A DNA stretch of 47,355 bases from a virus: the IMG/VR virus record IMGVR_UViG_3300009678_000018, positions 1 through 47,355 of that record, one strand, 5' to 3'. Positions 23,211-33,205 of this stretch are shown one piece after another; within the stretch, counting starts at the first letter, position 1; every line of letters starts with the position of its first letter. The position numbers and the translations under genes are program-made. The notes under the pieces were generated by a model. That model was not told where the DNA came from. It saw only the letters and a list, made by a program, of their open reading frames with translations, and did no database searches.

Positions 23211-24190
23211 TGCCGTCTCGGATTCCTGTCGCTGGAACGCCCTACGGGGAGGCGCACCCTGCCGGGCAGCAGGCGGTGACGTCCCTGTCGCCGAAGACGA
23301 TCGACAATCGCGCCCGCGCGGCGCAGTACGGGATTCCCCCGACCGTGAACCCGCTCAATGTGCGCGAAGTCGAGCGCGTCTTCGCGCAGCAAGGACTCAC
23401 AGGCGAGGCGCTCGGCGAGCGGCTCTACCAGTACGCCGACGAGCAGGGCCTCATCCATCATCCCGATTGGATCGAGAACCTCACGAAGTACTTCACCATC
23501 GGCTCGGCGGCGTTGGCGGGCGGCGCCGCGCTCGGTGCGTTCGGTGGCGGTGGCGGCGGCGGCGCCGTGCCCGGCCTCTCGGCGTCGACGGTCGATCTGA
23601 GCGCGCTGTATCCCGGCGGCACCGGGGCCGGGATGGGCGCCGCCGCGGCCGCCGGGAAGAGCCTGCTCTCGCCGAGCACGGTCAACCTCGTCAAGGGGAT
23701 CGGCGAGGGCTTCAAGGCGTTCGGGGATCTGCGGAGTCGCGGCCAAGACCGCGAGTCGCAGGAGAAGATCGCCCGCGAGGCCCTCGCGCAGCGTGAGCAG
23801 GAATCTCTGCGGGACAACGCGTCGCGCGAGGCGACGCTCGACCCGTACCGTCAGCAGAAGCAGCAGGCGCGCGCCGCGCTCGGGCTGAACTTCCTGCGCG
23901 ATGCGCGCAACCCGGCGAGCTCGCTGAAGCCGGCCGCCCGGTACGCGAGCAACGTCTCGGACTTTCGACCGAGCTATGAGGCGGATGAGACGCTCCGCGG
24001 CGACGCCGATCGGCTCCTGCAGGATGTGCGCGCCGGCCACACCGCGCCGACGATGACCGACCCGGCGAACTACGGGGACACGGCCGCGCTCGATCTGACG
24101 CAGCCGCCGGCGCCCCCACAGCCGGGACTCCTGTCGAGTCCGCTGCTCAATCTGCGCCGGCGCACGCGCCGGGCGCCGGGGCGCGTCTGA
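23210..24190 (+). CDS. Putative internal virion / ejection protein
   Basis: TGATG junction. 326 aa with a central Gly/Ala hydrophobic segment IGSAALAGGAALGAFGGGGGGG. Function is inferred from position. Confidence 0.4.
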   Translation: MPSRIPVAGTPYGEAHPAGQQAVTSLSPKTIDNRARAAQYGIPPTVNPLNVREVERVFAQQGLTGEALGERLYQYADEQGLIHHPDWIENLTKYFTIGSAALAGGAALGAFGGGGGGGAVPGLSASTVDLSALYPGGTGAGMGAAAAAGKSLLSPSTVNLVKGIGEGFKAFGDLRSRGQDRESQEKIAREALAQREQESLRDNASREATLDPYRQQKQQARAALGLNFLRDARNPASSLKPAARYASNVSDFRPSYEADETLRGDADRLLQDVRAGHTAPTMTDPANYGDTAALDLTQPPAPPQPGLLSSPLLNLRRRTRRAPGRV

Positions 24191-26025
24191 TGCCGGCCGC
24201 CACCAAGCGCACGCGGATTCCGCAGCCGCAAGATCCGCTGCTGCCAAGCTATGCCGACCCGTTGGCCGGCGGCCTCGGCACGCCGATCACCGGCCGCTCG
24301 CGCGAGCAGCCGTTCGATCAGGACTTCGGCGGCGAGTTCTCCTGGGAGAGTCCGCTGACGGACGTACAGAGCCCCAACCAGCCCGCGCCGACCACGCCGC
24401 AGGCGGGGCCCGCACCCGACGTCGGCGATGACCCGCGCCGCAACAATCCCGGCATGGCCGACCCGATGTCGGACCTGACCAACGCGCTCGAGGCGCTCAA
24501 GACCGCGACCGACCCCGGCAAGCGCTCGATGATTCGCGACCACCTGGCGCGGACGATCTTCACGGCGCTCAAAACGGGCGGGCACGACGTCTCGTGGGAA
24601 GGCGAGGACATTCTCATCGTCGACGGCCGTCGCTACGAGGTCGCCGGCGCCGCGTCGTCGGCCGACGCGTCGGGGTGGGACACGGACGGCTACGCGCAGC
24701 CGGGCTTCACGGCGTCGAACTTTGGGAACGCGCCGTCTGGCTACGACCCGGCGAAGTGGAGCAACCCGAACCACCAGACCCCGAAGTACGTCGTGTCGCG
24801 CATCCTCGCGACGCATGACCTGAAGACGGCCGATGGCCGCGCCGCGGCGATCGCCGACATCCAGCGCGCCTACCCGGGCACCACCTGGGGCGGCCGCGAC
24901 GTCGTCAATATTCCCGGCATCGGCGAGGTCGACATCATCGGCGACTTCGGCGATGACCCGCGCAGCCAGAACACGCTCGCCTGGCAACCGGTCGGCGCCG
25001 GCGGGCCGGCCAGCGCCGCCGCGCCGGGCCCGCGTGGCGTCACCAGCGGCACGGCGCTCGAGAGCGGGGGCGCGTCCGGTCAGGCCGGCCTGGCGGGCGG
25101 CATCGCTGCCCCGGCGGCGCCGACGCGGTTCGCGCCGTCGTATCAGCCCGGGCCGATCTCGTTCGACGACATCCCAGACTTCTCCTTCGACGAGCAGCTC
25201 GAGCGCGCGGGCAGCTACGCCCCTGGTGACCTCGGCGGGCTCGCGCCGACCGACCTCGACCGTGCGAGCGAAGCCGCCGCGATGCGGCTGCTCGAGCACC
25301 CGTACAGCCTCAACGACCTCGACGTCGACAAGCTGAAGGCGCGCTCGAAAGACGAGCTCGCTGAGATGCAGCGGATGGACGAGGACGACCTGTTGACGGC
25401 GTCGTACGCGCAGGGGTGGGGCGACTCGCCGTTCCATAAGTCGGAAATCAACGCGGGCCGCGCGTCGCGCGATCGCGCGCTCATCAGCAGCAACCGCGAC
25501 ATCGACGAATTCGCGGCCGAGACCCGGAAGGGCGACGAGCGCTCGGCGGCCCAGCTCGCCAGCCAGATCGGCGGGCAGTCGCACGCGCAGCGACTCTCGT
25601 CGGCGTCGCTGCGGGAATCGACGAGGCAGGCCGCGGCCTCGAGCCGGCAGCAAGCCGTGTCGCAGGCGACGAACGCGACGCTGCAGCGCGCGGCCCTCAC
25701 GGGTGACCGGATGGCCCTCCGCGAGTCCGTGAATCAGGAAGCGGCGCGCATCGGCATCGCGGCCGACGAGCTGCAACAGCGCTGGACAATCGCGATGCTG
25801 CAGGACGCGACGCAGCGCTACGGGATCGACGCCGACGTCGACGTCGCCCTCGCGCAGCTCAGTCAGCGCGGCCGCGAGTTTGCCGAGGAGCTCGCGTTCA
25901 AGTTCGCGCAGCTCGCGCAAAACGACGCTCAATTTGGGGCGGACTTCGGGTTGAACTTTGAAAAGTTCCGACACGACGTCGATCAGGACTACATCGACAA
26001 CGTGTTCCGGGCGACGGAGGATTGA
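24190..26025 (+). CDS. Putative internal virion / ejection protein (611 aa)
   Basis: TGATG junction. No family recognised. Helical Gln/Ala/Arg-rich C-terminal half. Confidence 0.4.
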   Translation: MPAATKRTRIPQPQDPLLPSYADPLAGGLGTPITGRSREQPFDQDFGGEFSWESPLTDVQSPNQPAPTTPQAGPAPDVGDDPRRNNPGMADPMSDLTNALEALKTATDPGKRSMIRDHLARTIFTALKTGGHDVSWEGEDILIVDGRRYEVAGAASSADASGWDTDGYAQPGFTASNFGNAPSGYDPAKWSNPNHQTPKYVVSRILATHDLKTADGRAAAIADIQRAYPGTTWGGRDVVNIPGIGEVDIIGDFGDDPRSQNTLAWQPVGAGGPASAAAPGPRGVTSGTALESGGASGQAGLAGGIAAPAAPTRFAPSYQPGPISFDDIPDFSFDEQLERAGSYAPGDLGGLAPTDLDRASEAAAMRLLEHPYSLNDLDVDKLKARSKDELAEMQRMDEDDLLTASYAQGWGDSPFHKSEINAGRASRDRALISSNRDIDEFAAETRKGDERSAAQLASQIGGQSHAQRLSSASLRESTRQAAASSRQQAVSQATNATLQRAALTGDRMALRESVNQEAARIGIAADELQQRWTIAMLQDATQRYGIDADVDVALAQLSQRGREFAEELAFKFAQLAQNDAQFGADFGLNFEKFRHDVDQDYIDNVFRATED

Positions 26026-26657
26026 TGACGGACACGCACCGGCGTCATCACTGCGCGCTCTTCGCTCCAGCCGTCCTGCAGGCGGCTGTGAATGATCCGG
26101 GTGTCGATCTTCGTCGTGCGACTCCACTGGGCCATCGTCTTCCTAACGCCGTTCACTGTGAGGAACCGACTCGTCCGCGTGTGGCTCTGCTGCTCTTCTC
26201 CGAGTGCCCATCGGCAATTGCCCGGCTCGTAGTTTCCGTCGTTCTCGATCCGATCAATCGAGTGCTCGGACGATGGACGCGGACCCATATCCGCGAAGAA
26301 GGCCTCAAACGACCGCTGCCATCGACGGCAGACACGGATGCCGCGCCCGCCGTAGAGGTGATAGCTCGAATGCTTCGGGTAGTTGCAACGCTGGCGCATG
26401 CCGTACCAGACGTTGTACTCAGGGGTGTCGGTCCGACCGTGCTTGTAGTTGTGATTGCCCTGGCCGGTCCGAGCCGCGCGACCGACGCACCCGCACGACT
26501 TCGATCGCCCGCTCGTCAGGTTCTCCGTGTTGACATCGCGCTCCTGTCCGCAGTCGCAGCGACAGCGCCAGTGGATTTTTCGGTCGGCCCGGAGCACGCG
26601 CGTGAGAACTCTCCAGCCTCCAAAGCGCTGGCCGCGCAGGTCTCGCAGCTTCGGCAC
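25989..26657 (-). CDS. Free-standing homing-endonuclease-like protein (Cys-rich N-terminus, HNH-related core, C-terminal DNA-binding module)
   Basis: LRGQRFGGWRVL..WRCRCDCG...SCGC; PEYNVWYGMRQRCNYP..YGGRGIRVCRRW..FEAFFADMGPRP...SIDRIENDGNYEPGNCRWA; TMAQWSRTTKIDTRIIHSRLQDGWSEERA. It is the only reverse-strand gene in the structural block, has visibly lower GC, and starts with GTG at 26657. Confidence 0.65.
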   Translation of the reverse strand: MPKLRDLRGQRFGGWRVLTRVLRADRKIHWRCRCDCGQERDVNTENLTSGRSKSCGCVGRAARTGQGNHNYKHGRTDTPEYNVWYGMRQRCNYPKHSSYHLYGGRGIRVCRRWQRSFEAFFADMGPRPSSEHSIDRIENDGNYEPGNCRWALGEEQQSHTRTSRFLTVNGVRKTMAQWSRTTKIDTRIIHSRLQDGWSEERAVMTPVRVRHQSSVARNTLSM

Positions 26658-26686
26658 GCATTCCTTCTACCACAGGAGGCGACCTA

Positions 26687-27781
26687 ATGTTCGGAGAGAT
26701 CCTCGGAGGAATCGGCGCCGGCGCGAGTGCCTTCGCCGACGCGACCACGGCCGAACGCGATCAGCGTGCCCGCGAGGCCTTCGAGCGGCGCAAGCTCGAG
26801 GTGCAGCAGCTCGTCGACGAGCTCGCCCGCGAGCACGACGTCACGATGGAGAACACACGGTTCGCGCACGAGACGGAACTCGATCGCAATCGGGAGTCTG
26901 ACACCGCGCGCCGCGAGGAACGCCAGGCCGGGCAGCGCACGCAGGACCGTGTCGTCGATCGCGCGCTCGCCAATACGGACCGCGATGCCGCGCGTCGCGT
27001 CGCGCAAATGGAGCGGGACGCCACCACGCAAAGCCAGGAGAGCTTTATCAAGACGCTCTCACCGGACGAACAGAAGCGCGCGCGGGGGGCGATTCTTGGG
27101 ATCACCCTGCCGGCGCCGGCGCGGGAGAACCTCGAACGCGTCGACACGATCAACGAGCAGGGGCAGGACGTCACGCAGTTCGTCGCCCCGCGCGCGGGCC
27201 AGTCATTTCTGAAGCTCAAGAAGGATGAGGCCCGCGACGACCCCGCGCTGCCGCAGGGCGTGCGCAGCTACATCAGCGGCTTCGGGCCGCGCTACGCGGA
27301 CCGTGCCGGCGCCGAAGAGGAGCTCAGGAAGGCGCTGCCGGACCTGCAGCGCGATCACCCGCGGCTCGACGTCAACAAGGCCTTCCAGTTGCTCGACGGC
27401 GTCTACGGCACGCGACCGCCGAAGAAGGCGGTTGGCGAGGGCGGCTTTGAGGACCTGCCGCCAGCATCCGGTACGACCGCCGCTTCGGCCGCTCCCCCAC
27501 CCGCCGCCGCGCCGCCCGCGCGGCCGTCCGCGTTCCCGACCATGCGGCCGGTCGCGTCGCACGCGGGTGCTCCCGCTGCCGCCGCACCAGCGCCGAAGCC
27601 CTCCGTGCCGAACGTCGACGCGAGCGCGATTCCCGCGCCGGTGCGGAGCTCGACGACGTCAGCCGCCGCCGCGGCGCCCGCGGTGCTTTCCGGCGCGGAC
27701 ATCAAGCCCGGCAAGTACACCCTGACGGACGGCACCGTCTGGATCGTGCAGCCCGGCCAGCCGCCCCAACAGGTCAAGTAA
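26687..27781 (+). CDS. Putative internal virion protein (364 aa)
   Basis: AGGAGG at 26674-79, then ATG 26687. Charged helical N-terminal half and Ala/Pro-rich C-terminal half. Confidence 0.45.
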   Translation: MFGEILGGIGAGASAFADATTAERDQRAREAFERRKLEVQQLVDELAREHDVTMENTRFAHETELDRNRESDTARREERQAGQRTQDRVVDRALANTDRDAARRVAQMERDATTQSQESFIKTLSPDEQKRARGAILGITLPAPARENLERVDTINEQGQDVTQFVAPRAGQSFLKLKKDEARDDPALPQGVRSYISGFGPRYADRAGAEEELRKALPDLQRDHPRLDVNKAFQLLDGVYGTRPPKKAVGEGGFEDLPPASGTTAASAAPPPAAAPPARPSAFPTMRPVASHAGAPAAAAPAPKPSVPNVDASAIPAPVRSSTTSAAAAAPAVLSGADIKPGKYTLTDGTVWIVQPGQPPQQVK

Positions 27782-27783
27782 AC

Positions 27784-30700
27784 GTGGCGCAGGGGCAGGT
27801 TCGCATCCTCAGCTACGAACCCCTACCGGCCACCCCGCCGGCCGGGCCGAGGATTGCCGCCTTCGAACCCCTCGACGAGCCGGTCCCGGCGCCGCGTGCG
27901 CCGATCGCCGCTCGCGGCACCGGCCTCGACGTGCGCCCGGTCGGGGAGGCGTGGGAGACGGTCAATCGCTCGCTGACCCCGTGGATCGCGACGGGAGCGC
28001 ACGCACTCGAGGAGAAGATCGCTGCGCCGAGTCCAGCGGGCCGCGCGTTCGATCTCATCGCATCCCTCACGACCGGGACACGGCCGGGGGCTGCACGTGG
28101 CTTCGTGGCCGGCGCGACCGGTGCCACGGGCGATGTCATCTCTAGCTTCACGTCACCAGCGAGTCTCGCCGAGATGGCGGCCAGCGGCGGCACGCGGCTC
28201 GCACTGAAACGAGGACTCACAGGCCTGGCCACCGGACTCCGGGCCGTGGAGGCGGGCGCCGGCGCAGCGTTTGGGATCGAGGGAGCAGAACAGATACTCA
28301 GCGACCCAACGCTCGCCGGCAAGCTCGTCGGCGTCGCCAACCTCGCCGGCGGCGCCGCCGGCGTGGCGTCCGCGAGCCGGCCGCATCCGTCAGGTCTGAA
28401 GGAAAGATCAGAAAGTCTGAAGGAAACTTTTCCGGTTGAGCAACCGGCAATCGCCAAGGTGGAGCCGCTCGAGGGTATCGAGGGTCTCAAGCCCGTCGAG
28501 GCTATCGCGGCGCCGGCGATCGCGAAAGTCGAGCCGCTCGAGCCGCGGACGGTCGTGTCCGATGCGTATGCCAGCCGACCGGACCCGGCCGAGGCCCAGC
28601 AGCCCAGCAGCATCCTCAACGCGCTCACGCCGGACGAACTCGCGACCCGCCGACCGGACGATGCGCAGTCCCCCGAAGCCGTCGCGGCGCACCTAGCGGC
28701 CGCGGCCGAGCGCCCCCCGCGCGATCCGACCTTCGTGCTCGACACGGCCACGCCCGCCTACGAGAAGCTCACGCCGGCCGAGCAGCGCGAAGTGCGACGT
28801 ATCGACGCGGAGCTCGACGCGTTCCAATTTCAGCGAGGCACGACGATCGACGATCCGAACCCAACGGCATCGCCCGAGGGATGGACCGATTCGTCGAAGA
28901 ACCGCAACGCGTTCGAGGCCAATCCCGCGCACCCCAACCTCGTCCGGCACACGGCCGGGGCGCCGGTGCTCCACGCGATCAACGTCACCACCAAGCGGAC
29001 CAATCGCGACATCCGCGCCGCGATTGCCCGCTACATCGCCGGCGGCAAACCCTCGTCCCTGATCGTCGACGTTGTGCGCGAGGCGCGGAAGCAAGCCAAC
29101 TCCCTCGAAGGGCGGGCGCGCATTTCCATGACGCACGAGATGGTCGACACCGTACCCGACGCGCCGGGCACGGAGTTCGAGTTTGGCGAGAATCTGCCGG
29201 TGGAAACGCGGCTGCCGGACGACGTCGGCGCCGTCCGCGATCGCGAGGTCGCGCACCCGACCTTCGAGCAACCCAAGGCCCGGCCCGAGGACTTCGAGCT
29301 CACCGGCGAGTCGGTTGAGAAGGGCCGCACGCAAGGCGCGCTCTTCGACGATGCCCGGGCGAGCGTCGGCTCACCCACGCGCGCACTCTACGACCAGGTG
29401 CGGCCACAGGCGCGTCCGTTCTCGGGCCGGCCGGTCTCCGAACCGCAGGTCGTCGATCGTATGCGTCAGATCTTCGCGATTCCGCAGCGGACGGGCCTGA
29501 TCGAACGGCTCACGCTGGGCCGAGCCTCGCGGCCGCTGCCGGTCCGCACGGGTCGCTCGGGCGTGCTGTCACGCGCGTTCGGTGTGTATTTCCCAGAGAC
29601 CGCGATGACGCGGCTGCGCCGGCACGGCGACCTGACGACGTTTTCGCACGAGCTCGGGCACCACATTGACTTCAACATCTTCGACGACGTCGGCAAGCCG
29701 GTCGGGCTGTTCAAGGCCGAGCTCGAGCGGCTCGGCGAGCCCACGACGCCGAAGTCCAAGATCGGGACCGACTATCACCTCGCCGAGGGCGTGGCCGAGT
29801 ACTTCCGCATCCGCCTCGCCGACCCGCAGCTCGCGACGCGCCAGGCGCCCGGCTTCACGCAGGCGCTCGACACGGTGTTCAGCCAGGCGCCGACGTTCAA
29901 GCGCCAGGTCGACGAAGCATCTGGACTCGTGCAGCGGTATCTCGCACAACCGCTCGAAGTCCGCGGCCGCGCGCGCGTCGACGTCGCGCCGCTCGGCGTC
30001 CGCGGCCGCGTCCGTGATGTCATCGGCGAGGTGAAGAGCAACCCGGAGCGCGGATCGTGGCCGCGCCGGTTTGCCCATGCGCTGCGCGACACACAAAACC
30101 TGCCGGATGCTGCCGTCCATCGCCGCGGCGCCGTCGATCGCTTCGTTTCTCTCTTTACGGATCGGCACCGCGCGATCTGGCGCGCGGTCCGTGATAGCCA
30201 AGGCAATTCGCTGCCGGCATCACACAACGCGTATGTGCTCGCGCGCCTCGCCGACAAAGCCCCCGCAATGGCCGAGGCATTCCTCAAAGTCGGTCCGCGC
30301 GGGCTCGACGGTCGATTTGTTGGCAGCTCGCTCGACGCCGCGCTGAAACCGATGGGACACCGGCTCTACCCGGATGCGAACGATCCGGCACGACCGAACC
30401 TTGTCACGTACCTCGTCGCGCTACGCGCGAGCGAGCTCCATCACGAAGGTCTCGGCCGGTGGCCCGGCCTCACGCCGGAGGAAGCGAAGGCCGTCATCGA
30501 CCGCACGGCCGCCGACCCGGAGTTCGATGGCTTCAAGGCCGCGGCGAAGGGCGTCTACTCGTACCTCGGCGGGCTCCGTAAGTACGCGCAGGACTACGGC
30601 GCGATGTCGGCCGCGCAGGTCAAAAAGCTCGAGGAGGCCGTTTTCTACATTCCGCTGAAGCGAGTCATGGACCAGGCCGACGAGGGCGTGGCGCCTGGCG

Positions 30701-32787
30701 CGGCGAAGTTCGCCGACCGGCAGTCCCCCATCAAGCGGCTCAAGGGATCCGGACGCGACATCATCGACCCGATCGAGAGCATCGTGCGCAACACGTTCGC
30801 GATGACGTCATTCGTTCAGCGCAACCACGCGGCCGCGACACTCGTGAAGAGCGTCGCGGGCACGGCCGACTCGGGCGCGATTCTGCAGCGCATCGCGACG
30901 CCACAAGAGGGGACATCGTTCAGCTTAAAGCAGGTCCAGAAGCAAGCCCTCGAGGCGATGGCGCAGGCGGGCGTACTGGATCCAGATGCGTTGCTGCCGG
31001 CATTTGCGAGTGGTGCGCTCGATAAGGCGTTCGACGAGCTCGTCACGGTCTACACACCCACAGCCTTTGGGCGACCAGGGGAGCGCATCCTCTTCGTCAT
31101 GGACCACGGCGAGCGGAAGTTCTACCAGGTGCAAGACGAGGCGCTGTACCAAAACCTCGTCGCGCTGGGTCCCGGCCCGACCGACGTGCTCATGCGGCTG
31201 GCCGGCCGATTCGCGGAGGCGCTTCGGACCGGCGTGACGACGTCTGGTACCTTCGCGATTAAGAACCTCGTCCGAGACACCGTCGGCGCGTACTTCCAAT
31301 CGCGACATGGGTTTTTGCCCGTGTACGATCACTTCCGTGCGCTCAAGAGCCAACTGACCCAAGACGAAGACTACGGCCGGTTCATCGCGTTCGGCATCAA
31401 CCAGGCGACGCTCGCCGGCAATAACCGTGGGCAACTTCGCGCGGCGCTCGACAATGCCATCGCGCCCAAACGGTGGCCTTCGAAGCTGTTCAAGCCCGTC
31501 CTCCACCCGTTCCGCTTTCTCCAGGATTTCAGCGCAGCACTCGAGACGACCACGCGCCTGGGAGAATTCAAAGTCGCCCTCGACACGGGCGGCGAGGAGC
31601 GCCGTGCGGGCGTGCTCGGCACGTTTCAGCGCGCGCGCGACGTCGGCAAAAAGCGCCCGGCAGTCAACGAAGAGGCGCTGACAGTGGCGGCGCTCGCAGC
31701 GTCCGACGTCACGGTTGACTTTAGTCGTGGCGGCAACTTGACGAAGAACCTCTCCACCGTGTCGGCGTTCCTCAACGCGCGCGTGCAGGGCATGGTACGG
31801 ATGGGCGAGACCTTCAAACGCGATCCGGTCGGCGTTGCGCTGACTGGCGCGTCGATGGCGGCGGTCTCAGCGATCCTGTGGGAGTGGAACAAGGACGATG
31901 AGGCCTACCGGGAACTCGATCCACAGCTCAAACGCGACTACTGGTTCGTTCGATTGCCTGGGACCGACTATTGGCTCACACCGCCCAAGCCGTTCGAGTA
32001 CTCGATCTTTGCCAACCTGACGGAAGCGACATTAGAACAGGCCAGAGCAAGCGACCGACCCGAGGCCCTCCATCCGTTGCGGGACTTCGTTCAAGCGCAG
32101 GGCGTCGCGTTTCTCGCGCAGGTGCTCCCGTCGATGGTTGTGCCGACCCTAGAGGTCACGACCAATTACAGCTATTACCGTCGACGGCAGATCGTTCCCT
32201 TCTGGAAAGAAAAACTCGAGCCGGACCTCCAGGTCAACGACTGGACGAGCGAGACCGCTCGAGTCGTCGCGAACGCTATCGGCGTGTCGCCGGCGAAGTT
32301 CGAGCACTTCATCAGGGGCACCTTTGGGAACCTCGGCGGCGAGGTCCTTGCTGGCACGGACGTCATCGCCGGCCTTGCCGGTGGCAAGACACGACCGCCC
32401 GCGCCGGCAACGGGTGTCGAACGGCTGCCGGTTGTCCGCGCGCTGATTAAGCCGCGGCGGGTCGAGGGTCGCGCGGCGTCGATGGACGAGTTCTACAGGC
32501 GGCTCAACGAGCTCGAGGGCGCCGAGGCCTCGCTCAAGGCGTACACGGCAGGCGACGGTCGCACCGACGCGAAAGCGTTCGCGCAGCAGCTCGGCCAGAC
32601 GTGGACGCCGGCGCGCATGGCGCGGATGAAGCAAGCCAAGAGCCGGATCGATGAGATTCGCGATCAGCTCGAGACCGTGCGCGGCAGTGCGACGCTTTCG
32701 CCCGAGGACAAACGCACGCGCGTCGACCACCTGCACACGCAGCTCGCCCGCTGGGCGCGGCACGGGCTCGAGGGGGATCGGCCGTGA
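27784..32787 (+). CDS. Giant 1667-aa virion-associated protein with a zincin HExxH motif (polyvalent-protein-like)
   Basis: GTG 27784 lies 2 nt after the previous stop. HELGH is encoded at 29647-29661 (TFSHELGHHIDF). There is an internal duplication PAIAKVEPLE. No TMP-like context. Confidence 0.55.
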   Translation: MAQGQVRILSYEPLPATPPAGPRIAAFEPLDEPVPAPRAPIAARGTGLDVRPVGEAWETVNRSLTPWIATGAHALEEKIAAPSPAGRAFDLIASLTTGTRPGAARGFVAGATGATGDVISSFTSPASLAEMAASGGTRLALKRGLTGLATGLRAVEAGAGAAFGIEGAEQILSDPTLAGKLVGVANLAGGAAGVASASRPHPSGLKERSESLKETFPVEQPAIAKVEPLEGIEGLKPVEAIAAPAIAKVEPLEPRTVVSDAYASRPDPAEAQQPSSILNALTPDELATRRPDDAQSPEAVAAHLAAAAERPPRDPTFVLDTATPAYEKLTPAEQREVRRIDAELDAFQFQRGTTIDDPNPTASPEGWTDSSKNRNAFEANPAHPNLVRHTAGAPVLHAINVTTKRTNRDIRAAIARYIAGGKPSSLIVDVVREARKQANSLEGRARISMTHEMVDTVPDAPGTEFEFGENLPVETRLPDDVGAVRDREVAHPTFEQPKARPEDFELTGESVEKGRTQGALFDDARASVGSPTRALYDQVRPQARPFSGRPVSEPQVVDRMRQIFAIPQRTGLIERLTLGRASRPLPVRTGRSGVLSRAFGVYFPETAMTRLRRHGDLTTFSHELGHHIDFNIFDDVGKPVGLFKAELERLGEPTTPKSKIGTDYHLAEGVAEYFRIRLADPQLATRQAPGFTQALDTVFSQAPTFKRQVDEASGLVQRYLAQPLEVRGRARVDVAPLGVRGRVRDVIGEVKSNPERGSWPRRFAHALRDTQNLPDAAVHRRGAVDRFVSLFTDRHRAIWRAVRDSQGNSLPASHNAYVLARLADKAPAMAEAFLKVGPRGLDGRFVGSSLDAALKPMGHRLYPDANDPARPNLVTYLVALRASELHHEGLGRWPGLTPEEAKAVIDRTAADPEFDGFKAAAKGVYSYLGGLRKYAQDYGAMSAAQVKKLEEAVFYIPLKRVMDQADEGVAPGAAKFADRQSPIKRLKGSGRDIIDPIESIVRNTFAMTSFVQRNHAAATLVKSVAGTADSGAILQRIATPQEGTSFSLKQVQKQALEAMAQAGVLDPDALLPAFASGALDKAFDELVTVYTPTAFGRPGERILFVMDHGERKFYQVQDEALYQNLVALGPGPTDVLMRLAGRFAEALRTGVTTSGTFAIKNLVRDTVGAYFQSRHGFLPVYDHFRALKSQLTQDEDYGRFIAFGINQATLAGNNRGQLRAALDNAIAPKRWPSKLFKPVLHPFRFLQDFSAALETTTRLGEFKVALDTGGEERRAGVLGTFQRARDVGKKRPAVNEEALTVAALAASDVTVDFSRGGNLTKNLSTVSAFLNARVQGMVRMGETFKRDPVGVALTGASMAAVSAILWEWNKDDEAYRELDPQLKRDYWFVRLPGTDYWLTPPKPFEYSIFANLTEATLEQARASDRPEALHPLRDFVQAQGVAFLAQVLPSMVVPTLEVTTNYSYYRRRQIVPFWKEKLEPDLQVNDWTSETARVVANAIGVSPAKFEHFIRGTFGNLGGEVLAGTDVIAGLAGGKTRPPAPATGVERLPVVRALIKPRRVEGRAASMDEFYRRLNELEGAEASLKAYTAGDGRTDAKAFAQQLGQTWTPARMARMKQAKSRIDEIRDQLETVRGSATLSPEDKRTRVDHLHTQLARWARHGLEGDRP

Positions 32788-33035
32788 ATCTAGAGATTTG
32801 GATGTTCGTCGTGACGATTGCGATCAACTTGACGTCGGCCGCGTTCATTGTCGGCAGTTGGCGGCAACAGCAAAAGAACGTGATCGCGCGCCTCGAAAAA
32901 GTCGAGGTGTGCAAGGTCGAGACGATCGTCTATGACCGAGATCTCGCCGAGCTCAAGCGCACCGACGCCCGGATTGAGCACGACGTTGACGAACTCGGCC
33001 GGACGGTCGCACGGTCGGGAGGAGGGCGACGATGA
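32784..33035 (+). CDS. Small N-terminally anchored membrane protein with a coiled coil (lysis-module candidate)
   Basis: GTGA overlap. Translation is MNLEIWMFVVTIAINLTSAAFIVGSW, followed by a charged helix. Locally low GC. Confidence 0.5.
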   Translation: MNLEIWMFVVTIAINLTSAAFIVGSWRQQQKNVIARLEKVEVCKVETIVYDRDLAELKRTDARIEHDVDELGRTVARSGGGRR

Positions 33036-33205
33036 GACTGGCGGTGTTTCTCCTGTGGGCGCTCTTGCATGTCAGTTACATCACCATGCTCGGGCTGACC
33101 CTGAGTCAGGTGATCTATCTCCGCGGGCAGATCGCCTACTTGCGGCGTGAGCTCGAGCGCCAACGGGCCGGCGCCTTTCCGCTCGAATCGACCGAGTCAC
33201 CATGA
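33032..33205 (+). CDS. Small membrane protein (57 aa; lysis-module candidate)
   Basis: ATGA overlaps at both ends. Translation is MRLAVFLLWALLHVSYITMLGLTLSQVIYLRGQIAYLRRELERQRAG... It is below the ORF-track cut-off. Confidence 0.45.
   Translation: MRLAVFLLWALLHVSYITMLGLTLSQVIYLRGQIAYLRRELERQRAGAFPLESTESP

Noticed and set aside
26022-26687. A + strand 221-aa ORF that would keep the late operon co-linear.
   Set aside because: Its translation has no recognisable features. The antisense frame (25989..26657) gives a protein with a clear homing-endonuclease-like architecture.
27784-32787. The 1667-aa ORF, considered as a tape-measure protein.
   Set aside because: No tail tube, sheath or frameshifted chaperone genes are nearby. 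The protein has an HExxH motif and follows nozzle/fibre genes, so a podovirus internal or ejected protein is more consistent. This is not proven.
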